A DNA stretch of 64,000 nt from contig JBHLOC010000008.1 in NCBI GenBank assembly GCA_048940925.1, forward strand, positions 46,428 to 110,427, in the 5' to 3' direction. The translations under genes were made by a program, and so were the position numbers. Shown piece by piece: positions 1 through 10,860 of the stretch. Below the pieces are notes generated by a model, which was given only the letters and a program-made list of their open reading frames with translations, did not search any database and was not told where the DNA came from. This stretch comes from Promethearchaeota archaeon. GTDB taxonomy: Archaea; Asgardarchaeota; Lokiarchaeia; Sigyniarchaeales; SOKP01. The stretch's first letter is position 1; each line of letters begins with the position of its first letter.

Positions 1-99
1 AAAGGTGAGATAGAAAATCTTGAAGATGGGGATTTTTTCGGAATTGCTTCAGTCTATCTTGAATCTCAATGGTGGGAAAGAGTTACTGGAAAAAAATAA
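1..99 (+). CDS. 3' end of a CDS entering the window (unknown product)
   Basis: Frame 1 is open from base 1 (KGEIENLEDGDFFGIASVYLESQWWERVTGKK) to TAA at 97-99. Confidence 0.55.
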   Translation, partial: KGEIENLEDGDFFGIASVYLESQWWERVTGKK

Positions 100-654
100 A
101 TTAAACTCAAGAATATTTTTAAAAATATCAAATACAAATTTTTAACCTTCTCTAAAATTTTTCACTATTAATAGAGATTAACCTGTAATATATTTAAATT
201 AAATGCCTCTTCTGTCTTCCATAATTATTGCCTTTAAAAACCAGAAATTTCAAAATTATCATAATCTCCAAGTATTTAAGGCAAGCGTTTGGATGATAAA
301 AGTGCTACAATATCCTTAATTGTAAGATTAGTTAGTTATTTTATTCTAGCATAAAATTATTAATCCTATTTCACAAAATAGGTCTATGAATGCCTTTATG
401 GGTATTGGAGTTGAATTGAATATATTGAGTAACGTTATATCCTTCTGGTGAAATGGTTACTGTCATGATGTTCTCCTTGTGTATGCCTATTACTTTAAAC
501 GGATACTTATAAAAATTAAAGAGGTTGTGGATTTTCTTCTTCTCCTTTTTTTTTATAAAATTATCTAATACTTTTTTTGACTCTTTAATAAAAATATAAA
601 TAGAAATAAAACACATCATTAATATATCCAGAATTCTATAAAAAAAAGAATTGG

Positions 655-1410
655 GTGAAATTAATTAGAGAATATAAAAATTATATTTGGATCATTGTTC
701 TAATTGGCGGAGTTCTTACACTTGTGTCATTCTTTACCCCCGCATTCTATTATGATCGATATCCATTAGAAGAACATTATTGGATGTGGGGATTATATTA
801 TAGTAAAAGTGTAGAGTATGGTTCTGATACATTATTCATTCCTATGGAAGAGCCCACACAATATACTATACCAATATTTCTATCGGGTATAATTCCTGCT
901 ATGATGATATTAATTGGCGCACTAATACTTATTGCGATAGCAAATAGCGTCAGGATTGGAAGAAAAGATATAAAAAATGTTGAAAATAAGGTAATTGGTG
1001 GAGGATTATATCTAATCACAGCCTCAGTAATTTATTTAATTGGTATACAAGTTACAATGGGTAATTACATTGAATATCTTTGGAAGATGCTAACTGATGA
1101 ATATGACTATTACGATATTGTTATACCTGACTTATGGGATATCTATGAACCAGGGTTTGCAATTATTGGTCCATTTATTGGAGCGGGTCTAGCGATTACG
1201 GCAGGGGTTGCTAGTAAAGTCACTCAACCACCAAAAGAAGTAATTAAAATTCAAGAAAGGCAAGATTTCATAGAAAAACAACCAACAACATCAATTTCAC
1301 AACCAGAACCGATTTCCAACGAAATTTTATTTTGTCCAGAATGCGGGAAAAAAAGAATATATAAAGAAAGTAAATTCTGTTCTCACTGCGGATTTGAATT
1401 TAAATCCTAA
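655..1410 (+). CDS. Membrane protein with C-terminal zinc ribbon
   Basis: About 4 hydrophobic helices and a C-terminal FCPECG...FCSHCG zinc ribbon. Confidence 0.8.
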   Translation: MKLIREYKNYIWIIVLIGGVLTLVSFFTPAFYYDRYPLEEHYWMWGLYYSKSVEYGSDTLFIPMEEPTQYTIPIFLSGIIPAMMILIGALILIAIANSVRIGRKDIKNVENKVIGGGLYLITASVIYLIGIQVTMGNYIEYLWKMLTDEYDYYDIVIPDLWDIYEPGFAIIGPFIGAGLAITAGVASKVTQPPKEVIKIQERQDFIEKQPTTSISQPEPISNEILFCPECGKKRIYKESKFCSHCGFEFKS

Positions 1411-1687
1411 TAGAAAAAATCATTATTAATTTTACTTTTATTATTCTTCTCTCCTCCTAAAATGTGAAAGTTTGCTAAATAAAGTTCAAATGAAAGAATT
1501 AATCACAGAACTGTATATGATTATAGTAGGGGATATGCAGTATAGTTCGATGAGTTACTATTGCAATCCGAAATTTAGGGAACTTAATCGTCTTATAATC
1601 TTAATTTTTAAGAAAAAAAAAATAAGTTTTTTAGAATATATATAATTCACTCTTGAGCTTTGAAAAAGAAAAAAAGTCCATTTAATA

Positions 1688-2002
1688 TTAACCTTTTATT
1701 TGTTTTTTCAAGTTTACCACAATTGGGAGTACCTTAACTACCTCGATAGCAGGAGTCGTTTTAATAAATTTAATAAATCCAGGTTTAGCAATTCTCCACA
1801 TATTAGCACTCTTTACCATAGCTTCTTCACTTTCGGCTTCATCTATCTCAATACCCCAATAATCCGTAGTACTAATATAATATGCTAGTTGTTTAACTCC
1901 TTCAGCTGGATAGAGTTTCTTACTAATAAGCTCTTGTGCTATCTCAGCCATTTCTCCTGGATCAAAATCAGGATTTAACTCCCAGTATGAAATAAATATC
2001 AT
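1688..2002 (-). CDS. Small DUF3303-like protein
   Basis: 104-aa ORF with AGGTGG Shine-Dalgarno upstream; the MIFISYWE...WGIEIDEAESEE pattern resembles DUF3303/GYD ferredoxin-like proteins. Confidence 0.6.
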   Translation of the reverse strand: MIFISYWELNPDFDPGEMAEIAQELISKKLYPAEGVKQLAYYISTTDYWGIEIDEAESEEAMVKSANMWRIAKPGFIKFIKTTPAIEVVKVLPIVVNLKKQIKG

Positions 2003-2141
2003 TTTTATTTACCACCTTAATATAATTTGATTTTTTAATTTGTTTTATTATTAGATTTCAGTGTAAAATACAAAGTGAAAAGTAGATATTTAAATTTATT
2101 CTAAAGTTAGGATCATAGACAAGAGATAATTTTCTATTATT

Positions 2142-2273
2142 TTACGATTTTATCAAAAATCGGTTTTTAAGTGTCCAAATAATAATCATACTCAATGCTA
2201 TTAATTAATTTAGAAGAATCATGATGTAATAACCATTTATGGCGGGTGTCTCTATAGGTGCTACACCTTCAGT
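2142..2273 (-). pseudogene. Remnant of a Loki-CTERM-like C-terminal sorting/anchor segment
   Basis: Minus strand reads TEGVAPIETPAINGYYIMILLN*LIALSMIIIWTLKNRFLIKS*: a PAIxGY motif, hydrophobic helix and basic tail, with an internal stop. Confidence 0.4.
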
Positions 2274-2748
2274 CTAAATTAATTTTACTTATATATACCA
2301 CGACTTATTAGCAGGTCTACTACAGATATTTGTTTATCATTAAGTTTTCTTAATTCCGATATAAGATTGTTATTGTGATATAATTAAAAAAAAAAAATTT
2401 AGATGCTCAATAGCTATTTTGTGATTATTGTTATCTATTAGATAGTTATATTCAAATGAATCTTCTAATGATGAAGTCATTTCTGGAATAAAAATTCTCT
2501 ATTATTCATAGAATTTTATCGTATTATTTCATCTCATACTCTTATTGTTCTATTGATACGTTTTGTAAATTCTTAGGAACGCTTAAGAGTGTAATTTGAG
2601 TTATTTTGTTTTCAAAAAGATTTAATTCTCTTAAATTAAGTAAGTAAATAATCCATTAATTGTAATTATATTTAATAGAGTAATTGACTTAATATATTAA
2701 TTATATCTTGAAATTTCTTGTCCCAAAATTCTCAAATCTTTTATAAGT

Positions 2749-4530
2749 ATGTATCAATTGAATCCTGAGGAATTAATTAAAGCAAAAAAACTCATCAACG
2801 ATGGCCAGTTAGATGAGGCTCTTCAATTAATCAACAATTACGAGGAAAAGGGTGAAACTACTATTGAGGCTCTAGTTTCATGTCATCTCCTCAAGTGTAA
2901 CCTTTTATATCAGCAGGGCTTATTTGAAAATATCGTTAAACTTGCCGAACAAACTTATAAAGAGAGTCTAGAATTAGGTAATAATCTCCTTTCGGTTGAT
3001 GCGATACTTCAAATAGCTTTGGCATTAATAAACCTTTATAAATTGGAAAAAGGTTATGATCTAATTAAACAGGGGGAAGAACTACTAAAATTACTAAAAT
3101 TTGAATTACCAACTGAGTATAAGCAAAGAGAGGCTAATCTAGCATATGTTAAAGGTATGTTTTACTGGCAACAAGGTGATGCTGATCAAGCATTAAAGCA
3201 CTTAGAACACAGTTTAGCTTTATGTGAAGAACTCGATATTGAACCGGGAGTTGCCCAATCTCTTTTTAGAATAGCATGGATACTTGGTGTTTTTAAAGGC
3301 GAACTTGATCGTGCTTTAGAATATGCAGAACGAAGTATGGTTCTTGCTAAGGAAATTAATAATAAATTTAATGTTGCATGGAGCCTTAATGTCATGGCGG
3401 TATTACACTCTTTTAAGGGGGATTTAGGTAATGCTAATATGCTCTTTAAGCAATCCTTGGTAATTTTTGAGGAACTTAACAATAAAATCATGACGGCAAG
3501 GGTTCTTAATAATATTACAAGTAACTATAGAAAAAGAGGGGAATTAAATCTTGCTTTAGAATCTATAGAAAAATGTATAGCAATAAACAAAGTATTAGGA
3601 GATTTAAGACATGTAGCTAATAATCATGATTTTTTAATTAAAACATTAATTGATATGGGCGATATAAATCGGGCACAACATGCCCTTTATGAATTGGAGC
3701 AATTGAAAAACCAGTTAAACGACAAAATAATAAATTTAATGTATATTCTTGATAAGGCTTTAGTATTAAAAACAAGCTTAAGAGCTCGCAATCGAGGTAA
3801 AGCTGAAGAATTATTTATCCAAATCCTTGAAGTTGAGGATATATCTTATGAAGACAAAATAGTAGCACTAATAAATTTATGTGAATTACTCCTAATTGAA
3901 TTGCGAATAACCAACGATTTGGAGGTGTTGGACGAATTAAAGCAGTATATTACTCAACTTTTAGATATTGCTGATCATATGCAGTCCTATTGGATTCTGT
4001 GCGAAACTTATCTTTTACAAGCAAAGTTATCACTTTTAACCTTTGATATAAAAAAAGCTAGACGATTTTTGATACAAGCCCAACAAATTGCTGAAAGATT
4101 TTATCTTACTCAGTTAAAAGTGAAAATTACCAATGAAAACATGGAATTACTTAAAAAGTTAGACTTATGGGAAAGATTAAAAGAAACAGATGCACCGATA
4201 GCAGAACGCATGAAATTAGCTCGTTTAGATGATAAAATTGAAATTGTGGTTCAGGACAGTACTATATTAACTGCTCAAGTCAGAGAAGAGAAAGTTGATA
4301 TTTATAAAAAGAAGAAAATTTGCTTGGTTTGTCGTGGTGAAGTGTTACGATTCTCATACATCTGTGAATGTGGGACAATTTATTGCGAGAATTGTGCTCG
4401 AGCATTAACGAATTTGGAAAATGCATGCTGGACATGTGAAGCCCCAATTGATTATACAAAACCTGTTAAATTATATAAAGAAGAAGAAAATAAGAAAATT
4501 GAGGAAAAAGGAAAGAAAAAACAAAATTAA
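2749..4530 (+). CDS. TPR repeat protein with C-terminal Cys8 RING-like zinc finger
   Basis: TPR-like repeats (ALKHLEHSLAL, ALEYAERSMVL) and a C-terminal CLVC..CEC..YCENC..CWTC. Confidence 0.85.
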   Translation: MYQLNPEELIKAKKLINDGQLDEALQLINNYEEKGETTIEALVSCHLLKCNLLYQQGLFENIVKLAEQTYKESLELGNNLLSVDAILQIALALINLYKLEKGYDLIKQGEELLKLLKFELPTEYKQREANLAYVKGMFYWQQGDADQALKHLEHSLALCEELDIEPGVAQSLFRIAWILGVFKGELDRALEYAERSMVLAKEINNKFNVAWSLNVMAVLHSFKGDLGNANMLFKQSLVIFEELNNKIMTARVLNNITSNYRKRGELNLALESIEKCIAINKVLGDLRHVANNHDFLIKTLIDMGDINRAQHALYELEQLKNQLNDKIINLMYILDKALVLKTSLRARNRGKAEELFIQILEVEDISYEDKIVALINLCELLLIELRITNDLEVLDELKQYITQLLDIADHMQSYWILCETYLLQAKLSLLTFDIKKARRFLIQAQQIAERFYLTQLKVKITNENMELLKKLDLWERLKETDAPIAERMKLARLDDKIEIVVQDSTILTAQVREEKVDIYKKKKICLVCRGEVLRFSYICECGTIYCENCARALTNLENACWTCEAPIDYTKPVKLYKEEENKKIEEKGKKKQN

Positions 4531-4833
4531 TCTGATAAATTCGACAAAAAAGAAAAGTAGATTTAGGATTAGCAGCAGCAACTTATAATTAAATAAAAAT
4601 TTCTTTTCTTTTTTTTTACTTCAAAAAAAATATATATTATCCATAGTTTTTTGTCGTATTATTACATCTCATACTCTTAATCTTCGAAATTATTATTCAT
4701 ATCGTTAATCTTAAATATGAATTTTTGATACTTCGTTTTAATTAGATAAGTTTTTGAATAAATAAATATTACATTTAATAATTGATCTTATCATTGAAAT
4801 AAAGGAAAATTAACACTATAAGCGATTCTATTA

Positions 4834-6468
4834 ATGCTATCTGACGACTATTTATTTTCTGACATTGGAATTGATTCAATTGGTTTTTATGCTCCAAGGA
4901 ACTACGTTAGCTTGAAAGAACTCGCATTGGAAAGAAAAGTTGATCCTGCTAAGTATGAGAAAGGACTTCTATCAAAAGAAATGCGCGTTCCTGAAGTGGA
5001 TGAAGATATTATTTCTCTTGGATTGAAAGCAGGATATAGCGCATTACAACGAGGTAATATTCCTCCTAAAACCATTGATGCATTATTTGTTGGTACTGAA
5101 ACAGAAGTATATGCTGCGAAGAGTATATCAAATATCTTCGCTGAGATGTTGAATATTTCTCCCAATTCTTTAACTCAAGATATCTATAATGCCTGTGCAG
5201 GTGGTACACTAGCAATTCTTAATGCAATTGCAATGATTGAAAAAGAAATAATTAACAAAGCTCTTATTATAAGCGCTGACATCTCATCATATCACCTAGG
5301 CTCTCCAGGTGAACCAACACAAGGCTCGGGAGCTATCGCTATGGTAATCTCAAAGGATCCTCGTATAGCATCATTCAGTAAAAAGTTTGGAAGGATCTCC
5401 GGAAATGTCAATGATTTTTTTAGACCCCCAAATGATAAAAATGCAAGAGCCTTTGGTCAATATTCTCAAGATAGTTATATTGATTTCCAATTAAAGGCTT
5501 ACGATGATTTAATTGATAATGCTGGAGATTTTCATGCAGATTTCTATACATTTCATGCTCCTTTTAGTAAATTACCTTTAAAAATTATGCAACAAATCAT
5601 ATTGAAACGTTGGATAAAACACATAAGTGATTTACCAAAATTTGAACGAAATAAATTTAGATCCTCAATTTTAAAGAAAATTGATTCATTTTTACATGAT
5701 GTAACTGTTTTACCAGAATATATTTACTTAAAACTAAATGAAAGAGGATTTTCTTCCTCCACACTGGAACGACTTTCAATGTGGGTGAATACAAATGTTA
5801 AAGCACGAGTACTTCCTCAATTACGAGTTCCTATGCATTTTGGTAATATGTACAATGCGAGTGTTTGGGCACAAATAATTTTTCTTCTAGAGAATCATGT
5901 TCATGCTAATGATATAATTTATTTTGGATCTTACGGCTCCGGAGCAACATGTATTTCAGGTTTATTAAAAGTCCAAGATGATTACAATGATGTTGTCCAA
6001 AATGGTCCGAAAATAAATGATTTCATTCATTTAAAGAAGAAGAAATCAGTATTAGAATATGAACTTATAAAAAACGGAGATGTAAAGCCAATAGTTTTAT
6101 TAGGAAAGATTGCTGAGCACGAACAAAACAATCATAGGGGTTTTACACTCCATTTTTGTGATGAGGGATGTATTATTCCGAACATAAAAGGATTAGATCG
6201 TTGTCCTAAAGGTCATACAGGCTACCATGAAAGATTTTTTCCACTTTTTGCTAAACTGACCTCTGACCCTATTGCTCAAAATGATATTGAGGACCTTAGT
6301 TATCTAAATAAAGGCCTTGTAAGAGTAGCAAGTAATGTAAGTAAGGGTAGCTCTCTAGAATATGAAATAAGGAGAGTTGAAAGAGAATTTGAAGAAAATC
6401 TCAATGCTAAAGGGCTCTTAAACTGGACTCCTTTCTATATTAATCTCCCAAATCACCATGTTTACTAG
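4834..6468 (+). CDS. mvaS: Hydroxymethylglutaryl-CoA synthase with C-terminal DUF35-like extension
   Basis: NACAGGT catalytic Cys, FHAPFSK, GNMYNAS and SYGSG motifs; first gene of the mevalonate operon. Confidence 0.9.
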   Translation: MLSDDYLFSDIGIDSIGFYAPRNYVSLKELALERKVDPAKYEKGLLSKEMRVPEVDEDIISLGLKAGYSALQRGNIPPKTIDALFVGTETEVYAAKSISNIFAEMLNISPNSLTQDIYNACAGGTLAILNAIAMIEKEIINKALIISADISSYHLGSPGEPTQGSGAIAMVISKDPRIASFSKKFGRISGNVNDFFRPPNDKNARAFGQYSQDSYIDFQLKAYDDLIDNAGDFHADFYTFHAPFSKLPLKIMQQIILKRWIKHISDLPKFERNKFRSSILKKIDSFLHDVTVLPEYIYLKLNERGFSSSTLERLSMWVNTNVKARVLPQLRVPMHFGNMYNASVWAQIIFLLENHVHANDIIYFGSYGSGATCISGLLKVQDDYNDVVQNGPKINDFIHLKKKKSVLEYELIKNGDVKPIVLLGKIAEHEQNNHRGFTLHFCDEGCIIPNIKGLDRCPKGHTGYHERFFPLFAKLTSDPIAQNDIEDLSYLNKGLVRVASNVSKGSSLEYEIRRVEREFEENLNAKGLLNWTPFYINLPNHHVY

Positions 6469-6570
6469 AATTTATCCAGTTTTTTACCTGTATTGAATCT
6501 ACAAAAGGTAAAGTAAAGTGTAAGAAAATTTAGACAAAACTTATTAAATTTTTGAATTTATGAAAAATTA

Positions 6571-7851
6571 ATGAAAGATTTTCATTCAGATATTTCTGGG
6601 TTTTATAAATTATCAATTGATGAACGTCTAAAATTATTATCTGAACTTATTAATTTAAGTCAAGATGAAATTGAAATACTAAAGACATTAGGTTATTTTA
6701 CATCAACTCAGATTGATACATTAATCGAGAATGTAGTAGGAAGCTATCAGTTACCATTTGGTCTTGCCTTTAACTTTAGAATTAATAACAGAGACTATAT
6801 CATACCCATGGTTATTGAAGAACCTTCGGTGGTGGCAGCTGCTTCAAATGCTGCTAAAATGGCCCGAGAGCATGGTGGATTTCACTCAGAGGAGGTAAAA
6901 TCAGTAATGATCTCTCAGATTCAAATAACTCAAATTCAAGATATTGAGTATGTACGACAGCAAATTTTAAATAACAAAGACCAAATCTTAAAAATCGCCA
7001 ACGAACAAGATCCTTTATTAAATAAATTAGGTGGTGGTGCACTTGATCTTGAACTTCGAGAGTTAGATACAAATAGAGGTAAGATGATGATAATTCATTT
7101 ATTGGTTAATGTTCTAGATGCCATGGGCGCCAACATAGTTAACACAATGGCAGAAGCTATAAGCCCTTTTATTGAAGAAATCACAGAAGGAAAAATTTAT
7201 TTGCGAATTTTATCGAATCTAGCTACTCATCGAATTGCTAAGAGTAAAGCAACTTTTGATAAAGAGTTATTAGGGGGAGAAGAAGTAGTGGAAGGAATAC
7301 TAAATGCTTATGAATTTGCTTTAGCTGATCCATATCGTGCGACCACTCATAATAAAGGAATAATGAATGGTATTATTGCCTTAACATTAGCAACTGGAAA
7401 TGATACTCGCGCTATTGAATCAGGTGCTCATGCATTTGCCTCTTTGAGTGGAAAGTACTCTCCGTTAACTAAATTCGGATTAGATTCAAAAGGAAATTTA
7501 GTTGGAGAAATTGAGCTACCTCTTGCTTTAGGAATTGTTGGAGGTATGACAAAAATACATCCTATGGCACGACTAGCTTTAAAAATATTAAATGTACAAA
7601 GTGCGAATGAGCTCTCACAGGTGGGTGCTGCTCTTGGTTTGGCACAAAATGTGGCAGCTTTAAGAGCCTTAGCAGCAGAAGGTATTCAAAAGGGTCATAT
7701 GGCACTCCATTCTCGTAATATTGCAAAAGTCGCAGGAGTACCTGATAAATTAGTAGAGAGAGTTGCCAAAAAAATGATAGAAGAGAAAAAAATAAGAGTT
7801 GATTATGCAAGAGAAATTTTACAAAAAATAAATGATGATGAAAACCTTTAG
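6571..7851 (+). CDS. mvaA: HMG-CoA reductase, class II
   Basis: IENVVG, EEPSVVAAAS, DAMGAN, HNKGIMNG and GIQKGHMALH motifs. Confidence 0.95.
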   Translation: MKDFHSDISGFYKLSIDERLKLLSELINLSQDEIEILKTLGYFTSTQIDTLIENVVGSYQLPFGLAFNFRINNRDYIIPMVIEEPSVVAAASNAAKMAREHGGFHSEEVKSVMISQIQITQIQDIEYVRQQILNNKDQILKIANEQDPLLNKLGGGALDLELRELDTNRGKMMIIHLLVNVLDAMGANIVNTMAEAISPFIEEITEGKIYLRILSNLATHRIAKSKATFDKELLGGEEVVEGILNAYEFALADPYRATTHNKGIMNGIIALTLATGNDTRAIESGAHAFASLSGKYSPLTKFGLDSKGNLVGEIELPLALGIVGGMTKIHPMARLALKILNVQSANELSQVGAALGLAQNVAALRALAAEGIQKGHMALHSRNIAKVAGVPDKLVERVAKKMIEEKKIRVDYAREILQKINDDENL

Positions 7852-7932
7852 TTTTATAAAAAGTGGTTCTGTAACTCCTCTAAGAAAAACCACAATTATT
7901 ATTCATATTATCAAGATAACCATGTATAGAAG

Positions 7933-9243
7933 ATGAGTTATATGGGATTTAGAGAATATATAAATAAAATAGATAAAGAAGGAATACTCCGAAAGGTGGA
8001 TGTAGAAGTTTCCAAAAGACTAGAAATTGCTGGTATTTTGAAAGAGATTGAACCAACTCCCGTAATATTTAATAATATAAGAGAATCTGATTTTCGTGTT
8101 GTAGGTAATGTGTTCTGTACTAAGAATGTTATTGCTTCATATTTCGGTGTGACTCCTGCAGATCTCATACCAATGCTTTCAAAAGCAATAACAGAACGTT
8201 CTGAACCGGAAATCGTATCTAATGCCCCTTGTCAAGAAGTGATCGAATCAAGTGTAGATTTAGATAAAATACCCATTTTATTTCATTGTGAAAAAGATGG
8301 TGGAAACTACATTAGTTCTGCAGTTGTTGTAACCAGAGATCCGGATTATGGGCAAAACTTAGATTTTCATCGAGCAATGCAATATTCTAAAGACAAATTT
8401 GCTACTCGAATAGTCAAAGGACGCCACTTTTATAAATTTTTAGAAAAAAATGGCGAAGTAGAAGTTGCATATTGTGTAGGTAATACCCCCAACATTCTGA
8501 TAGCCGGAGCTACGTCTGTAGATATTGGTGTTGATGAATTACACATTGCTAATGCACTAGAACCAATTAAAGTTGTAAAGGCAAATTCAGTGGATCTTAT
8601 AATACCCGCAGAAGCTGAGTTTGTATTAGAAGGTCGTGTTTACTTTGAAGAAAGACATGTTGAAGGTCCTTTTATTGATCTGACTGAAACATATGATGTA
8701 ATTAGAGAAGAACCTATTTTTGAAGTTAAGAGAATTACTCATAGAAAAGATGCGATTTGGCAAGCCTTATTACCAGGAGCACTTGAACATAAAATATTAA
8801 TGGGTATGCCTAGGGAACCCACTATTTTCAATAAAGTAAATGAAGCAGGAGTTAAGTGTTTGGATGTAAATATTAGTCCTGGTGGGTCTTCTTGGTTGCA
8901 TGCAATAGTCCAAATTGATAAAAAATCAGAAGAAGATGGAAGAAAGGCAATTGAAGGAACTTTTGCAGGGCATACAAGCTGTAAACATGCTTTTATTGTC
9001 GATAAAGATATTAATATCTATGATCCTTTATCAGTAGAATGGGCGATGGCGACTCGTTTTCAAGGAGATACTAGAATGATTGTGAAAGATAAAGAACCAG
9101 GTAGCAGTTTAGACCCAAGCGCGGAACCTGGAACAAAAATGACCACAAAAATTGGTTTTGATTTAACAAAACCTTTGGTTGTGAAAGGGAAAAGTTTTGA
9201 CATTGCAGAGTTTCCTAAAGTAGATATTAATAAATATTTTTAA
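7933..9243 (+). CDS. ubiD: UbiD-family decarboxylase, probable trans-anhydromevalonate 5-phosphate decarboxylase
   Basis: DGGNYISS, AEFVLEG, EGPF and VEWAMATRF UbiD motifs; adjacent to acnX genes within the MVA operon. Confidence 0.9.
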   Translation: MSYMGFREYINKIDKEGILRKVDVEVSKRLEIAGILKEIEPTPVIFNNIRESDFRVVGNVFCTKNVIASYFGVTPADLIPMLSKAITERSEPEIVSNAPCQEVIESSVDLDKIPILFHCEKDGGNYISSAVVVTRDPDYGQNLDFHRAMQYSKDKFATRIVKGRHFYKFLEKNGEVEVAYCVGNTPNILIAGATSVDIGVDELHIANALEPIKVVKANSVDLIIPAEAEFVLEGRVYFEERHVEGPFIDLTETYDVIREEPIFEVKRITHRKDAIWQALLPGALEHKILMGMPREPTIFNKVNEAGVKCLDVNISPGGSSWLHAIVQIDKKSEEDGRKAIEGTFAGHTSCKHAFIVDKDINIYDPLSVEWAMATRFQGDTRMIVKDKEPGSSLDPSAEPGTKMTTKIGFDLTKPLVVKGKSFDIAEFPKVDINKYF

Positions 9244-9261
9244 TATTGGAGTAGTTGGAAA

Positions 9262-10455
9262 ATGAAATTAACATCTGAAGAACAGGATATGTTAGAGGGC
9301 AAGTATGGAAAAGCTGCTAAAAAATCAATGGAAATTTTAACCACACTGGGGGAAATATTTGATGCAGAGGATATGATCGATATAGTTGGTGTTCAGATAG
9401 CAGGCGTCTCTTATGATAATCTTGGTGAAGCAGGATTAGAATTTTTGAGTGAAATGGCAGAAGATGGTAAAATTCGCGTTTTAACCACCTTAAATCCTGC
9501 TGGAATGGATCGTGAAAATTGGCAAAGGTTAGGTATTGATGAAGAATTTGCCAAAAACCAAAATCGTGCTATAGATGCATTTGCTAAAATGGGTATAATT
9601 ACCACCTGTTCTTGTACTCCATACTTAATTGGAATTAGCCCACATTATGGACAACATCTCGCTTGGGCAGAGAGTAGTGCTGTATGTTATGCAAATTCTG
9701 TTATTGGCGCTCGAACTAATCGTGAAGGAGGGCCAAGCGCATTGGCATCAGCATTAACAGGAAAAACACCTAGATATGGTTATCACTTGGATGAAAATCG
9801 CCACGGGCAAGTTTTAATCAAAGTGAATACTTCTGTTAATGGAACTGATGAATTTGGAGTTCTTGGAAAAATTATTGGTGATAAATTGGGGGAATTAGGC
9901 AAAAAAATTCCCTATATAATTGGAATTCTAGCAGCTACTGTTGAAGAACTTAAGTCCTTTTGTGCATCTGTTGCTACTTATGGTGGAACAGCTTTGTTTC
10001 ATATGGAGGGTATTACTCCCGAGTCTGAAAAATATCCCAAACCAAGTGATACCGTTTTTGAAATAAATCAATCTGATTTAGAAAAAACGCGAACTGAACT
10101 TATTGATGAAGATAGCGAAATTGATTTTGTCAGTATTGGTTGTCCTCACGCCTCAATCCATGAAATCGCAACAATCGCAAATTTATTAGAAGGCAAGAAA
10201 GTAAAGAAAGAATTTTGGATAACTACTGCTCGACCAACAAAGAAAATTGCTGATGAAGCTGGGTATTCCAAAATTATTGAAGAAGCAGGAGCGAAATTTG
10301 CAGCAGATACATGTTGTGTAGTAGCTCCTATTAAAGGACGTTTTAAAGGAATTATGGTAGATTCAGCTAAAGCATGTTATTATGGTCGTGCAAGAAATAA
10401 ATTTAAAGTAAAAATTGGCACAGTTGAAGAATGTGTTGAGGAGGCAACAAAATGA
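9262..10455 (+). CDS. acnX1: Aconitase X large subunit, phosphomevalonate dehydratase large subunit
   Basis: TTLNPAG, CSCTPY, WAESSA, GARTNREGG, IGCPH, DTCCVV and DSAKAC motifs (DUF521). Confidence 0.92.
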   Translation: MKLTSEEQDMLEGKYGKAAKKSMEILTTLGEIFDAEDMIDIVGVQIAGVSYDNLGEAGLEFLSEMAEDGKIRVLTTLNPAGMDRENWQRLGIDEEFAKNQNRAIDAFAKMGIITTCSCTPYLIGISPHYGQHLAWAESSAVCYANSVIGARTNREGGPSALASALTGKTPRYGYHLDENRHGQVLIKVNTSVNGTDEFGVLGKIIGDKLGELGKKIPYIIGILAATVEELKSFCASVATYGGTALFHMEGITPESEKYPKPSDTVFEINQSDLEKTRTELIDEDSEIDFVSIGCPHASIHEIATIANLLEGKKVKKEFWITTARPTKKIADEAGYSKIIEEAGAKFAADTCCVVAPIKGRFKGIMVDSAKACYYGRARNKFKVKIGTVEECVEEATK

Positions 10456-10844
10456 AGTTACAAGGAAGAAAAATATATAATGGAATAGTTGAGGCAGAAG
10501 CTCTAGTAACTAAGGATGGTATTTCATTTTATGGAGGGGTTGATCCTGATACTGGTAAGGTAGTCGAAGTTGGTCATGAACTTGAAGGTCAATCAGTCTC
10601 AGGAAAGGTCTTAGTATTTCCAACCGGTAAAGGTTCCACAGTAGGATCATATACAATGTATCGAATGATGAAAAACAATACTGCACCAGCTGCTATCGTA
10701 AATGAACAAATAGATACCATTATAGCCGTCGGGTGTATAATTAGTGAAATTCCTTGTGTGGACAAAATTAATATTGATGACATAAAAACAGGTCAAAAAC
10801 TCGTTGTCAATGGTTCAGATGGAACAATTGAATTAATAGATTAG
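10452..10844 (+). CDS. acnX2: Aconitase X swivel subunit, phosphomevalonate dehydratase small subunit
   Basis: ISFYGGVDP and GKGSTVGSY motifs (DUF126); ATGA overlap with the large subunit. Confidence 0.92.
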   Translation: MKLQGRKIYNGIVEAEALVTKDGISFYGGVDPDTGKVVEVGHELEGQSVSGKVLVFPTGKGSTVGSYTMYRMMKNNTAPAAIVNEQIDTIIAVGCIISEIPCVDKINIDDIKTGQKLVVNGSDGTIELID

Positions 10845-10860
10845 TTTTATTTTGATATTA

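Noticed and set aside
371-619. 82-aa ORF, and the many short antisense ORFs in the track (e.g. 798-1019, 3186-3491, 16859-17179, 19598-19915)
   Set aside because: Low-complexity ORFs or shadows of well-supported genes on the opposite strand or frame.
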